Below, piece by piece: positions 10,514-19,633 of a stretch of DNA of 64,000 bases. The notes beneath the pieces were generated by a model, which was not told the origin of the DNA, ran no database searches, and was given only the letters and a program-made list of their open reading frames with translations. A program made the position numbers and the translations under genes. Where the stretch lies: sequence record MW822008.1, one strand, 5' to 3'. This DNA is from Escherichia phage BF17. Each line of letters begins with the position of its first letter. Positions within the stretch are counted from its first letter, which is position 1.

Positions 10514-11047
10514 ATGAATAGATTACAACAAATCCTAACGGATAAAAAACCAGTTTTTGAATACCGAGTCAAGTTTGCAGTTGAACCTACCAATGAGCAA
10601 CTAAGTAAAGTATCACAACGCCTAATGGATCGTTATGATGCATTTGATATTGGTGCACTAAAGAAAACTATTTTCATGGAAAGACCACTAGATTTTTATG
10701 AATTAGATTGTGGTGAAATTTGGATGTTTGATTTCAAATGCCACCGTGGTGTTCAATCAAACGTACTAATGTATGAAATTGGCAACCTACTAAGTATGAC
10801 TGAAGCTCTAATCCGTGTACGTAGTAAAGATGAACCACGTCAACAAGAAATGACCGAACTCGAAGATGATATTGACTTTGACGATTACGAACCAGTAATT
10901 GGTGTTGATTTTGGCAAACCAGAAGACAGCCATGATTTAGCTGGTGAAGAACGTGCTGTAACCGCAGTTAAAGATGCGATTGAAGCAGTTAAAAGTGACA
11001 ATAAATACTCTCAATATATGAGTGCTGGTTTTGGTAAAAAGGATTGA
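10514..11047 (+). CDS. hypothetical protein
   Basis: 177-aa ORF with GGAG RBS. Confidence 0.45.
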   Translation: MNRLQQILTDKKPVFEYRVKFAVEPTNEQLSKVSQRLMDRYDAFDIGALKKTIFMERPLDFYELDCGEIWMFDFKCHRGVQSNVLMYEIGNLLSMTEALIRVRSKDEPRQQEMTELEDDIDFDDYEPVIGVDFGKPEDSHDLAGEERAVTAVKDAIEAVKSDNKYSQYMSAGFGKKD

Positions 11048-11050
11048 GAC

Positions 11051-11596
11051 ATGAGTATACTTAATGAAATGTTAGACTATAATGATGAAGAGCTAAATGA
11101 AGCTCGTCCATATAGTCGTTCACAAAGTGCAGTAGATAGTGCAAAAGGAAAAGTAAAAGGCTTTTTCGGTAGTGGTCAAGTAGAACAAGGTGCACAAGAA
11201 GTTGGTGCAGAAGCAAACCGTCTTTGGGCTGAATTTAAACGCTATGTTGGTCGCAAATACGGTAAAGCACAGCCATCAGTACCATATGCTGATGTTGCAC
11301 AATTCTTCAAAGGAAATAACCTTGATATAAAACACCTGGGAAATAACAGTCGTCGTACTTTTACTCCTAAAGATGTTGGTTCTGCTCTATTGGCAGCAGC
11401 ACGTGACTTGATGAATGATTATCGTGATGATGATAAAGGTGAAGAACAACAACGTCCTGCACCACAAGCTCAACCTGACAATGCTCCACAACCAGCACCA
11501 CAGGAACAGCCAAAAGCACAAGGTTCTAGTATCCCTGATGCTCTACAAAAATTAAGTCCAGAGCAGCGTGAACAACTTTTGCGTATGCTTTCTTAA
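11051..11596 (+). CDS. hypothetical protein with P/Q/A-rich low-complexity tail
   Basis: 181-aa ORF; AAGGA RBS; PQAQPDNAPQPAPQEQP segment. Confidence 0.45.
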   Translation: MSILNEMLDYNDEELNEARPYSRSQSAVDSAKGKVKGFFGSGQVEQGAQEVGAEANRLWAEFKRYVGRKYGKAQPSVPYADVAQFFKGNNLDIKHLGNNSRRTFTPKDVGSALLAAARDLMNDYRDDDKGEEQQRPAPQAQPDNAPQPAPQEQPKAQGSSIPDALQKLSPEQREQLLRMLS

Positions 11597-11609
11597 GGAG
11601 AATCAACAC

Positions 11610-13121
11610 ATGGATAATTTTTTCAGTACTGAAACTACCACAGTACCTAATGGATATGTATATACTTCTCACACTGGTGGCAAATATGTATTTCTAGAAG
11701 GTTTCTGGTTTAACGACAATAATATGTTAATGGTAGACCCTAAAAAATACCCATCCATGTACGCAAGTGCTCGACAACAGATTGTTGAGCACAATCTATC
11801 TTCTAGTGAATATAAAATTGGTAAAAAATATATTCTTGAAGGTAAAGAGTGTACATTTCTTGGTGAAAATCGTTTCAATTCTAAAGATGGAATTCTACTA
11901 ACTGAAAGTGAAATTATCACTGAACTAATGGCAGATGACCACCGTGTATATAATGTTTCAAAAGAAACTCTACAAAAAGAATGGAACTCCCTAAAATTCT
12001 ATATCCTTCCACCATATGCTGATGATATTTCTATTCCAGCAGGTATGGAAGTTAGTGGATTTAAATTCATCCCTAAAAATCACCGTTTTGTTGATGCAAA
12101 ATCTGGACGTCCAGTTGACCCAGCAATGACACGTAAACTTTCCGATGAAGGTATGCGTATTGCTCGCCAATTAGCACCAAAAAACAAACTAATTCCAATT
12201 AAATCTACATTAGTACAAGGTAATACTCGTTCAGAATGGAATGGTAAAGAATTTTGTGATAATGATGGTAATGTTGTAATTCCAGAACAAAATGCACATG
12301 TAATCTTTAATGCATATCAGCAATTTGTTAAGGCTAACCCTGGTGATTTTCCTTCACTAACTGGTGATCATGAATCAGGTGAACAACGTTTTGGTTCAGG
12401 TGAAAAGCCAGAACAACCTAAACAACCAGTAAAACAGCCAGTATTCGCAACAAAAGAATCCATTAATGAAGCAGATGAAGAGATTGAAGAAACTGAATCT
12501 GTTGTGGTTCCACATGGTTACCGCATTACTTCAAATAAAGGTAAAACATACATTAAACAAAAAAATGCATGGTTTGATGTAGAAACTAAAAAACAACTAA
12601 ATTCTAGTGCTGCAAAAAGTGTTGAACGTGCTGCTCAACGTGATATAATTCGCCATAATAGTTCTGGTGCAATGAAAATCGGAACTAAAGTAAAATCTAA
12701 GAAAGGCACAGAGTATTCTTATATCGGTGGTAACCGCTTTATCAGTGCAGAAGGTAAATTGATTCCAAAATCAACTGCTGATGACATTCTTGCTCGTTAT
12801 GATGCAGAACGTGCTGATAAGAAAGAAGAAGAACCTGAAGAGAAAGTAGATGCTGAAGTATCAAGTACTGATGTAGTTGAGCCAAAAGCTGAACCTACTA
12901 AAGAACCAGAACCTGTTGCAGAGCCAGAACCTGAAGTTCCTGCTGCTGGGGATGAAGTTCAATCATTAGCTTCACGAATTAAAGAATCACCTTACGCTAA
13001 GAAAATTACAGTACTCTTAACGCGTGGTGATGAGGTTTCTCTAATTGCTGCTGACATTTTACTATCTGGTAAAAAGGATGAAACAGTGCAAATTTTAAAA
13101 TCATTAAATAAGAATGATTGA
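11610..13121 (+). CDS. hypothetical protein with internal tandem duplication
   Basis: ATG at 11610 with AAGGAG RBS (track starts 11568); two copies of a ~110-aa module (VPNGYVYTSHTGGKY.. / VPHGYRITSNKGKTY..; YKIGKKY..GENRF / MKIGTKV..GGNRF). Confidence 0.5.
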   Translation: MDNFFSTETTTVPNGYVYTSHTGGKYVFLEGFWFNDNNMLMVDPKKYPSMYASARQQIVEHNLSSSEYKIGKKYILEGKECTFLGENRFNSKDGILLTESEIITELMADDHRVYNVSKETLQKEWNSLKFYILPPYADDISIPAGMEVSGFKFIPKNHRFVDAKSGRPVDPAMTRKLSDEGMRIARQLAPKNKLIPIKSTLVQGNTRSEWNGKEFCDNDGNVVIPEQNAHVIFNAYQQFVKANPGDFPSLTGDHESGEQRFGSGEKPEQPKQPVKQPVFATKESINEADEEIEETESVVVPHGYRITSNKGKTYIKQKNAWFDVETKKQLNSSAAKSVERAAQRDIIRHNSSGAMKIGTKVKSKKGTEYSYIGGNRFISAEGKLIPKSTADDILARYDAERADKKEEEPEEKVDAEVSSTDVVEPKAEPTKEPEPVAEPEPEVPAAGDEVQSLASRIKESPYAKKITVLLTRGDEVSLIAADILLSGKKDETVQILKSLNKND

Positions 13122-13143
13122 TAACTAAAAGGATTTATTTAAA

Positions 13144-14133
13144 ATGGCTAAAAAAATTAATGAAGCACAAGTTAAAATCGATATCGCAGGTCTAGAATCT
13201 GAAGATCTAGAAACACTATCTCGTATGCTTGCATTAGCTGGTCAAGCAGAGCGTCAAGCTTCTCCTGTTGCTGCTCCAGTTCCTTCTATGGGGTCTATGA
13301 CCCCTTCTCTACCACCAATCGCTCCACTCGACATGGATTCCATTGGTGCTGGTGCTGAAGAAGAAGTTGGTGGTACAATGGATGGTGCGATTGATGCACC
13401 AGTTGAAGACCCATTGGAAGTAGCTGCTGACTCACTATCTGCTGAAGCTGGTGATTTTGGTGGTGATTCTGAAGAAGTAAGTATGGATGCAGAGTTCGAA
13501 GAGCCTGGTGTTGCAGATGAAGAAGAGTTTTCTTTAGATCTTTCCGGTCAACCTCAACTAGAATCAGTTGAAGAAGAGGAAGAAGAAGAAATCATCGAAG
13601 AAGAATTCGATTTCAGTCGTATGCTATCTCTAGCTGGGCTTCAAGACGAACCAGAAGATGAATATTCAGTAGAAGGTAACCCAGATACTGAAGTTAAAGT
13701 TGAAGAAAACACTTTCCTACCAGACCTAACCATCTCTGAAGATGAAGAACAAGGTGACAGTACTGATTTTGGACCTTACAACACTGAAGCTGATGCCGTT
13801 CGTGACGGTCAAGCTAAAACTAATGGTGTAGAAGGTGACCACTTTGTTGTTATTACCAAGGGTAACAAGTTCTACTGGAGACGTGTCGTTGATGAAGATG
13901 TTGACAATCGTCCTGAACCAGAGTACTATGACAATGACGGTAACGAGAACCGTGTTCACAAATTTGAACCTAAGTTTCCAGGTACTGCTCTAGGTGACAA
14001 CCCACTCAATGTTAATGAGAGTGATGAGTCCGTGGAAGGTAACGAAGAACTAGAAGATGAAAGCGATGAAGAAGTCGAAGACATTTTCGAAAGTCTCCAG
14101 AAGAAATATCAACAATTTCTAGGGGACAAATAA
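13144..14133 (+). CDS. highly acidic protein (D/E-rich)
   Basis: 329 aa with long E/D runs (EEEEEEEIIEEEFDF); AAAGGA RBS. Confidence 0.5.
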   Translation: MAKKINEAQVKIDIAGLESEDLETLSRMLALAGQAERQASPVAAPVPSMGSMTPSLPPIAPLDMDSIGAGAEEEVGGTMDGAIDAPVEDPLEVAADSLSAEAGDFGGDSEEVSMDAEFEEPGVADEEEFSLDLSGQPQLESVEEEEEEEIIEEEFDFSRMLSLAGLQDEPEDEYSVEGNPDTEVKVEENTFLPDLTISEDEEQGDSTDFGPYNTEADAVRDGQAKTNGVEGDHFVVITKGNKFYWRRVVDEDVDNRPEPEYYDNDGNENRVHKFEPKFPGTALGDNPLNVNESDESVEGNEELEDESDEEVEDIFESLQKKYQQFLGDK

Positions 14134-14134
14134 G

Positions 14135-14527
14135 ATGGGATATAATTATCGTGAATTGGTTGAAGCATTAGATGAAATCACTTCTAGTGAAGAATCTACT
14201 GAAGAAGAAAGTTTTGCAGTTGAGACTCCTTCTGATGCTGTTGCCACCGATTTACTTAAAGATATCACCGAATGCCTTATCCACATTGTGGATAAGGTTA
14301 AATCAGGTGAAGATCAAAAAGAAATCGTAGAAAAGCTTCAAAAAGCGTGTGACATTTTATCGGATGTTCGATATAATGATGAAAGTACTGAAGAAGTTGA
14401 TGAATCCACTGATTGCTGCTTCGGAACCAAAGATATGGGTCCGAAAATTGGTAAAGATGGTGTCCAAGACTATAAAGTTAAAGATGCTCCTTCATATGCA
14501 GCAAGACAGGGTTTCGTGGGGATGTAA
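14135..14527 (+). CDS. acidic hypothetical protein
   Basis: 130-aa ORF, E/D-rich, GGGGA RBS, tightly packed after previous gene. Confidence 0.45.
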   Translation: MGYNYRELVEALDEITSSEESTEEESFAVETPSDAVATDLLKDITECLIHIVDKVKSGEDQKEIVEKLQKACDILSDVRYNDESTEEVDESTDCCFGTKDMGPKIGKDGVQDYKVKDAPSYAARQGFVGM

Positions 14528-14530
14528 TTT

Positions 14531-14908
14531 ATGATTCCTGAACCACACAACAGTACTGAATTTCAAAACGATGTACTTTTAAAAGTTAGAGAAGTACATG
14601 GATCAGACGCTGAATTAACAGACCGTATGCTTCTGATGTCAATTTTTGAAAATTTCAGAACTGGCGGTGGTTTAAGACTTAGCAAGTTTGGATATACAAT
14701 TTGTAAAGAAAACATTCTTTACGAATTTACAAAAATCCCCTTGCAAAGAGAGTTCAAAAGTTCTATAATCTTTACATCGCTTGATAGGATATGTACTTCA
14801 CCCTACTATGTAGAAGGGCAGTACATATACCTCTCGGACGCAATGATAGTTACAGAGTTAACATTGTGTGGTGATGATTTTAGAATGTTATTTTCGATGC
14901 ACATGTAG
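14531..14908 (+). CDS. hypothetical protein
   Basis: 125-aa ORF with GGGGA RBS. Confidence 0.4.
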   Translation: MIPEPHNSTEFQNDVLLKVREVHGSDAELTDRMLLMSIFENFRTGGGLRLSKFGYTICKENILYEFTKIPLQREFKSSIIFTSLDRICTSPYYVEGQYIYLSDAMIVTELTLCGDDFRMLFSMHM

Positions 14909-14933
14909 CTTCGAAAATAAAGAAAAAAAGATG

Positions 14934-14961
14934 TTGACAACGCCGAATGATGTGTTATAAT
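14934..14961 (+). promoter_or_regulatory. sigma70-type promoter P1 (TTGACA-N16-TGnTATAAT)
   Basis: TTGACA 14934-14939, TATAAT 14956-14961 with TG extended -10. Confidence 0.7.
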
Positions 14962-15025
14962 GACCACCACGAAGCAAGTTTTCAAAATCACAAGATGTGA
15001 GATTGAAAAAGAAATAAAAAAGTTG

Positions 15026-15053
15026 TTGACAAGCCTGAACGATGTGATATAAT
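15026..15053 (+). promoter_or_regulatory. sigma70-type promoter P2, tandem duplicate of P1
   Basis: TTGACA 15026-15031, TATAAT 15048-15053; ~40-bp block GTTGACAA...GATGTG.TATAATGACCAC repeated 92 bp apart. Confidence 0.7.
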
Positions 15054-15115
15054 GACCACATCAAGACGGCAAAGAGAAATGCCTTTTTAAATACATGGAT
15101 GATTCATGAAGTAAC

Positions 15116-15158
15116 AAAGGAACTGATAAGTTAAAAATTCTTTTAACACAGTTCCTTT
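15116..15158 (+). promoter_or_regulatory. long stem-loop in 5' leader of the AAA+ gene
   Basis: AAAGGAACTG ... CAGTTCCTTT 10-bp inverted repeat with nested GTTAAAA/TTTTAAC stem. Confidence 0.45.
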
Positions 15159-15184
15159 ACTTTTGCCCACGGATTGGCTATAAT
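15156..15184 (+). promoter_or_regulatory. possible third promoter (TTTACT-N17-TATAAT)
   Basis: TATAAT 15179-15184 with weak -35 at 15156-15161. Confidence 0.35.
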
Positions 15185-15224
15185 AGAAACCTAAACGATT
15201 TTATCCAACAAAAGGAAAATATAC

Positions 15225-16553
15225 ATGTCTACTCAAAACAACGATATCCTGAACGTAAAACTGACTCCTAAGAAAGCTAAAGAAGCAATGGCACTGGCTG
15301 ACATGATTCAAGATAGCCTGATGATTTGGGGTAGCCCTGGTATCGGTAAATCTGCTATCGCACGTCAATACGCTGATGAGAACTACCCACTGCGTAAAGA
15401 TAACGTGGCAAAAATTGAGTTCATGAAACAACAAATCGAAGCTGATACTGAAAATGCTGATCAACTTCGCCGTGAACTGGCAGCGTTTGAAGCCAAACTA
15501 ATCGACCAAGACACTAACTTTATCGATTTCCGTTTGTCTCAGATTGAACCAAGTGACCTTCGCGGTATTCCAGTTCCAGAGAAAGTGTTCCTTGATATGG
15601 ATGGTAAGCAACTGATTGAATCTGAACTGGCTAGTGCACAAGATTACATCGCTGAAACAGCAGTTGTGTGGGCAGCACCTAAAGTACTGAAACTGTCTCC
15701 AGATTGGAAAGGTGTTATTCTGTTTGACGAAATCAACTCTGCAATGCCGATTGTACAGGCAGCGTCTTATCAGCTAATCCTCGACCGTTGTGTTGGTGAG
15801 ATGAAGCTACCTAAGACTGCACTGATTCTCGCAGCAGGTAACCGTGAAACTGATGGCGGTGTAACGTTCTCTCTAGCTACACCACTGCGTGACCGTATGA
15901 CCCACATCGAAATGATTCCTTATCATCAAGATTGGATTAACGATTATGCGATTGGTAAGCGTTTGAACCCAGCAACTGTAGCGTTCATCAACAACACTGG
16001 TGCTAAACACTTCAACACCCTTAGCCCACAAGATCCTTCTCACTGTGGTGGTACTTCTCCACGTTCATGGGAAGCAGTAGCACGCTACGAAGATCTGAAG
16101 AAAGTTAAGAACATTGATAAAGAAGTGTTCCGTGCGATGATTGCAGGTCGTGTTGGTGAAGGCGTAGCAACTGAATACATCGAGTATGTTGATAACGTAG
16201 CTAAACTACCAGATACCATGTCCATCCTACAGGGTGAGATTAAAGAGATTGATGCTTCGCTTGATATTTCCGCGAACTACTTCATCACTCTGAATCTGGT
16301 TTACAAAATTATCGACCTCTACAATGAGAAGCAAGAACAACGTCTACCAGTGGAAGATTGGGGTAAGCTGTGCAACAACTTCATCACCTTCCTAGACCAT
16401 AACTTCTCTGCAACTCAAGCAGAACTGGCAGTACTGGCGATTCGTACCATCACGCTTCATAAAGTAGCGATTACGATTAAAGATGTACCAGCGTTTAAAG
16501 ACTTCGTTATGAAGTACTCTGACCTAGTACGTAAAGCACGCTCTCTTGGTTAA
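15225..16553 (+). CDS. MoxR-type AAA+ ATPase (AAA_5 / CbbQ-NorQ-CobS-like)
   Basis: Walker A GSPGIGKS, Walker B VILFDEINSA, AAGN and TPLRDRM motifs; single AAA module; AAGGA RBS. Confidence 0.75.
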   Translation: MSTQNNDILNVKLTPKKAKEAMALADMIQDSLMIWGSPGIGKSAIARQYADENYPLRKDNVAKIEFMKQQIEADTENADQLRRELAAFEAKLIDQDTNFIDFRLSQIEPSDLRGIPVPEKVFLDMDGKQLIESELASAQDYIAETAVVWAAPKVLKLSPDWKGVILFDEINSAMPIVQAASYQLILDRCVGEMKLPKTALILAAGNRETDGGVTFSLATPLRDRMTHIEMIPYHQDWINDYAIGKRLNPATVAFINNTGAKHFNTLSPQDPSHCGGTSPRSWEAVARYEDLKKVKNIDKEVFRAMIAGRVGEGVATEYIEYVDNVAKLPDTMSILQGEIKEIDASLDISANYFITLNLVYKIIDLYNEKQEQRLPVEDWGKLCNNFITFLDHNFSATQAELAVLAIRTITLHKVAITIKDVPAFKDFVMKYSDLVRKARSLG

Positions 16554-16575
16554 TAATTAAAAAGAGTGTTGACAA

Positions 16576-16606
16576 GAAGGATACCACATGGTATCCTTCT
16601 TTTATC
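16576..16606 (+). terminator. intrinsic terminator after AAA+ gene
   Basis: Perfect palindrome GAAGGATACCA-CATG-TGGTATCCTTC + TTTT; preceded by TTGACA at 16569. Confidence 0.65.
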
Positions 16607-16628
16607 TTAACTAAACGAGGAAATACAA

Positions 16629-18038
16629 ATGTCAGATAAACGTTTCAGTGATGTTACTCCGGCTCTCCAGAAAGAATGTCAAGATCGTCTGATCTTAGCT
16701 CGCACATCTTTAATGCTAACATTCCCATTCTTTGGTGTACTGGCTTCTCGTCTGCGTCCAGTTGCAAACAATACATGGTGTCGTACTTTGGCAGTAGATG
16801 GTAAGCATTTATTCTACAACGTAGAATTCATCATGGGTATTCAGGACCAATCCAAAAAGACCGCATACGAAGAAGCAATTCGTGAGAAACATCCTGAAGT
16901 AACTGAAGAACAACTTAAAGAAATGACAGAAGGTTTGACTGATGAAAACCTGATTGCAGTTATCTGTCATGAGATTCTTCACTGTGCATATGACCACTTC
17001 TTGCGTCGTGGTATGCGTGACCCGCAGCGTTATAACCGTGCTGCTGACTATGCAATTAACCAGATTCTTGTTCGTGATAAAATTGGTAAAATCCAAAGCC
17101 AATGGCTGTACGATAAAAAGTACGATGGCATGACTGCTGAAGAGATTTATAACATTCTCGAAGAAGAAGATAAGCAGGATCAAGACGGAGAAGGTGAAGG
17201 TAACCCACAGGCTGGTAGTGGTGAGGGCGAAGGTAAATCACGTGGTACTTTTGGCGATATCAAAGATGGTAAAGGCAAAGGTACAACAATTGACCAGCAT
17301 GACGTTCCACAAGAAGGTCAAGAGGGTGGTTCAAGTGAGAAACAAAAACGTGATTATATGGATGATTTCAAAACAGCAATGATGAATGCTGCTCGTGCAG
17401 GTGGTACTCCTGCTGAAATCGCACGTATGATTAACAACTTCAAAGAACCAAAGATCGACTGGCGTTCTAAACTTCACCGCACGCTACGTAGCTGGTTGAA
17501 GTCTGACGCAACTTATCAAAGTCCTAATCGTCGTTCATGGGGTGCTGGTTTTGGTAGTACTGGTTCATTCTACGGGAATCCAATCTTCCCTGGCATGAAA
17601 CCTGATGATGATATTGATATTGCAATTGCACTAGATGCATCCGGTTCTATCTCTGAAGATATGCTCCGTGATTTCATCAGTGAAGTACTGGGTATCACTA
17701 AGCAGTTTAAACAATTTAAAATCCGTATCATGACGTTCGATACTGAAGTTTATACTGTAAAAGATTACAAAACTGGTGAAGAGAGTAAGATTCTTGAATA
17801 TCCAGTGAAAGGTGGTGGTGGTACTGACTTTGAAGCAGTATGGGTTCATATGAAGCATGACAACTATAAGCCAAAACAGCTTATTATGTTTACTGATGGT
17901 GAGCCGTGGCAGTCATGGGGCGATCCTGATTACTGTAAGACACTGTTTGTTATCCACAGTAATCCTAACAAACAAGCACCATTTGGTGAAACTGTACACT
18001 ACGAATATGAAGCTGACAAAAAGCGTCAACGTAGCTAA
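16629..18038 (+). CDS. vWA-domain protein with N-terminal HExxH metallopeptidase-like domain (DUF2201-like), partner of the AAA+ ATPase
   Basis: HEILH motif; MIDAS residues DASGS ... GGGGTDFE ... FTDGEP; GAGGA RBS. Confidence 0.75.
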   Translation: MSDKRFSDVTPALQKECQDRLILARTSLMLTFPFFGVLASRLRPVANNTWCRTLAVDGKHLFYNVEFIMGIQDQSKKTAYEEAIREKHPEVTEEQLKEMTEGLTDENLIAVICHEILHCAYDHFLRRGMRDPQRYNRAADYAINQILVRDKIGKIQSQWLYDKKYDGMTAEEIYNILEEEDKQDQDGEGEGNPQAGSGEGEGKSRGTFGDIKDGKGKGTTIDQHDVPQEGQEGGSSEKQKRDYMDDFKTAMMNAARAGGTPAEIARMINNFKEPKIDWRSKLHRTLRSWLKSDATYQSPNRRSWGAGFGSTGSFYGNPIFPGMKPDDDIDIAIALDASGSISEDMLRDFISEVLGITKQFKQFKIRIMTFDTEVYTVKDYKTGEESKILEYPVKGGGGTDFEAVWVHMKHDNYKPKQLIMFTDGEPWQSWGDPDYCKTLFVIHSNPNKQAPFGETVHYEYEADKKRQRS

Positions 18039-18050
18039 GTACTAAATAAT

Positions 18051-18081
18051 GAGAACGGAAAATTCCGTTCTCTACTTTTTT
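18051..18081 (+). terminator. intrinsic terminator after vWA gene
   Basis: GAGAACGGAA-AA-TTCCGTTCTC hairpin + T6. Confidence 0.75.
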
Positions 18082-18147
18082 CAGCGGGACAGCTTGGAAA
18101 AAGGTGATATAATTATATTTGTAACAACATACATGGAGAGTATTAAA

Positions 18148-18378
18148 ATGGAACAAGAACCAGAAAAAATTCAACTAACACTAATCGACCTAATCAACGC
18201 TGCTAAAATCATGGAAGCTGCTGTGGCTCGTAATTCATTTAAAGTCGAAGAACTTGTTGATGTTGCTCCAGTCGTATCTAAGTTTGTTGAGTTTGCTAAC
18301 TCTGCACTCGAAGATATCAAAGCACAAGAAGAAGCTGAAGCTGCACAAGCTGCTGCTGAACAAAATAAAGGAGAATAA
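18148..18378 (+). CDS. small acidic hypothetical protein
   Basis: Track ORF 18049 overlaps the terminator; ATG at 18148 has GGAGAG RBS. Confidence 0.4.
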   Translation: MEQEPEKIQLTLIDLINAAKIMEAAVARNSFKVEELVDVAPVVSKFVEFANSALEDIKAQEEAEAAQAAAEQNKGE

Positions 18379-18380
18379 TA

Positions 18381-19034
18381 ATGGCTATTCGTCACGTTGG
18401 TGTAGTACGTAATACAGGTTCACGTGTATTTGTGGTATGGCGTTCACTCCCTGATGATCCAGAACATTGTCTCATTGTTTATCGCGATTCACTTCCTGAA
18501 GCATATGCTCAATCTGTTGCAGATTTAGTAATGAATCAAGGTCAATCGAATGTAGATTTGTGGGAAGTTATGCATAAGATTGGTCATCTAGACGGTCGCA
18601 AAATGCTAGATGTGCTTCATAATCTACAACATTTGCGTCGTGCACGTACTTGTGATATTGATATGCATGTTGGTGGCAACAGTAAGATTTCTCTTGATGT
18701 TCTAAACACCGCAATCAATGATAATGATGCTAAAAAACATGAAGATGGTAAAGTTAAAGAATACAACCCATTCAAGCCACAAGAAGTTGATACTTCTGTT
18801 GAAGAAGCTACCATTGTTGAGCAACTACTTAAAGATGCACAACGTTATGAGCAGTTGGCTAAAGAGCACTTTGAACGTGCTTACAACTTAGAACCATCTC
18901 TACGTCCACAAGTTCAAGCAACACCTGTAGCACCTGATAGCAAAACTTTCTATATTGAAATCCCAGAAGGAATTTCACAAACCAAAGCAATTGAGAAAGT
19001 TAAACAGGCATTTGCTGAACGTAAAGCAAAATAA
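18381..19034 (+). CDS. hypothetical protein
   Basis: 217-aa ORF with AAAGGAG RBS. Confidence 0.45.
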   Translation: MAIRHVGVVRNTGSRVFVVWRSLPDDPEHCLIVYRDSLPEAYAQSVADLVMNQGQSNVDLWEVMHKIGHLDGRKMLDVLHNLQHLRRARTCDIDMHVGGNSKISLDVLNTAINDNDAKKHEDGKVKEYNPFKPQEVDTSVEEATIVEQLLKDAQRYEQLAKEHFERAYNLEPSLRPQVQATPVAPDSKTFYIEIPEGISQTKAIEKVKQAFAERKAK

Positions 19035-19039
19035 TATAA

Positions 19040-19633
19040 ATGAATAAAATAGAATTAGATGAAGCAATCAATGGTTTATCTAATGTATGTTTCAGTGGCG
19101 GGGCAGCAGGTGCTGACCGCCTTTTTTCTATCTATGCAAAAGACAATGGATTTGAAGTAATAAATTTTTCATTCAAGGGTCACCAAAGCAGTGTAGATGA
19201 AAATACTATATTAGAAATTCCATCCAATATCCTTTGTGATAGTTCAATATTAAAACAATTAAACATTGCATGTTACTCTTTACGCCGTAAAGTTCCTAAG
19301 CCTGGTTCGTATGTATATAACTTACTTGCAAGGAATAGTTACCAGATACTTAATACTAAAAGAGTATATTGTATTGCAAATATTACATCACCCACGCAAG
19401 TTTCAGGTGGAACTGCATGGGCAGTACAGATGTATATGGATTCAGTTGACAATCCAGAAATATATTGTTATGATATGAACACTCGCTCTGTATTTTATTA
19501 TGATACAGTACTGAAAGAGTTTACTGAAACATTCTCAATACCAGCACCACACGGTAACTGGACTGGGATTGGTTCACGTAATGCTACACAAAAACACATG
19601 GAACACTTTATTACATTTTTCAAGGACGTATAA
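19040..19633 (+). CDS. hypothetical protein, possibly SLOG/DprA-like Rossmann fold
   Basis: N-terminal CFSGGAAGADRLFSIYA resembles the G-rich nucleotide-binding loop of DprA/LOG-type proteins; stop overlaps thyA start (ATGA). Confidence 0.3.
   Translation: MNKIELDEAINGLSNVCFSGGAAGADRLFSIYAKDNGFEVINFSFKGHQSSVDENTILEIPSNILCDSSILKQLNIACYSLRRKVPKPGSYVYNLLARNSYQILNTKRVYCIANITSPTQVSGGTAWAVQMYMDSVDNPEIYCYDMNTRSVFYYDTVLKEFTETFSIPAPHGNWTGIGSRNATQKHMEHFITFFKDV

Noticed and set aside
16569-16597. TTGACA at 16569 as the -35 of a promoter for the vWA gene
   Set aside because: The expected -10 position falls inside the terminator palindrome (TATCCT) with a poor match; more likely part of the terminator context, and the vWA gene may be co-transcribed by read-through.
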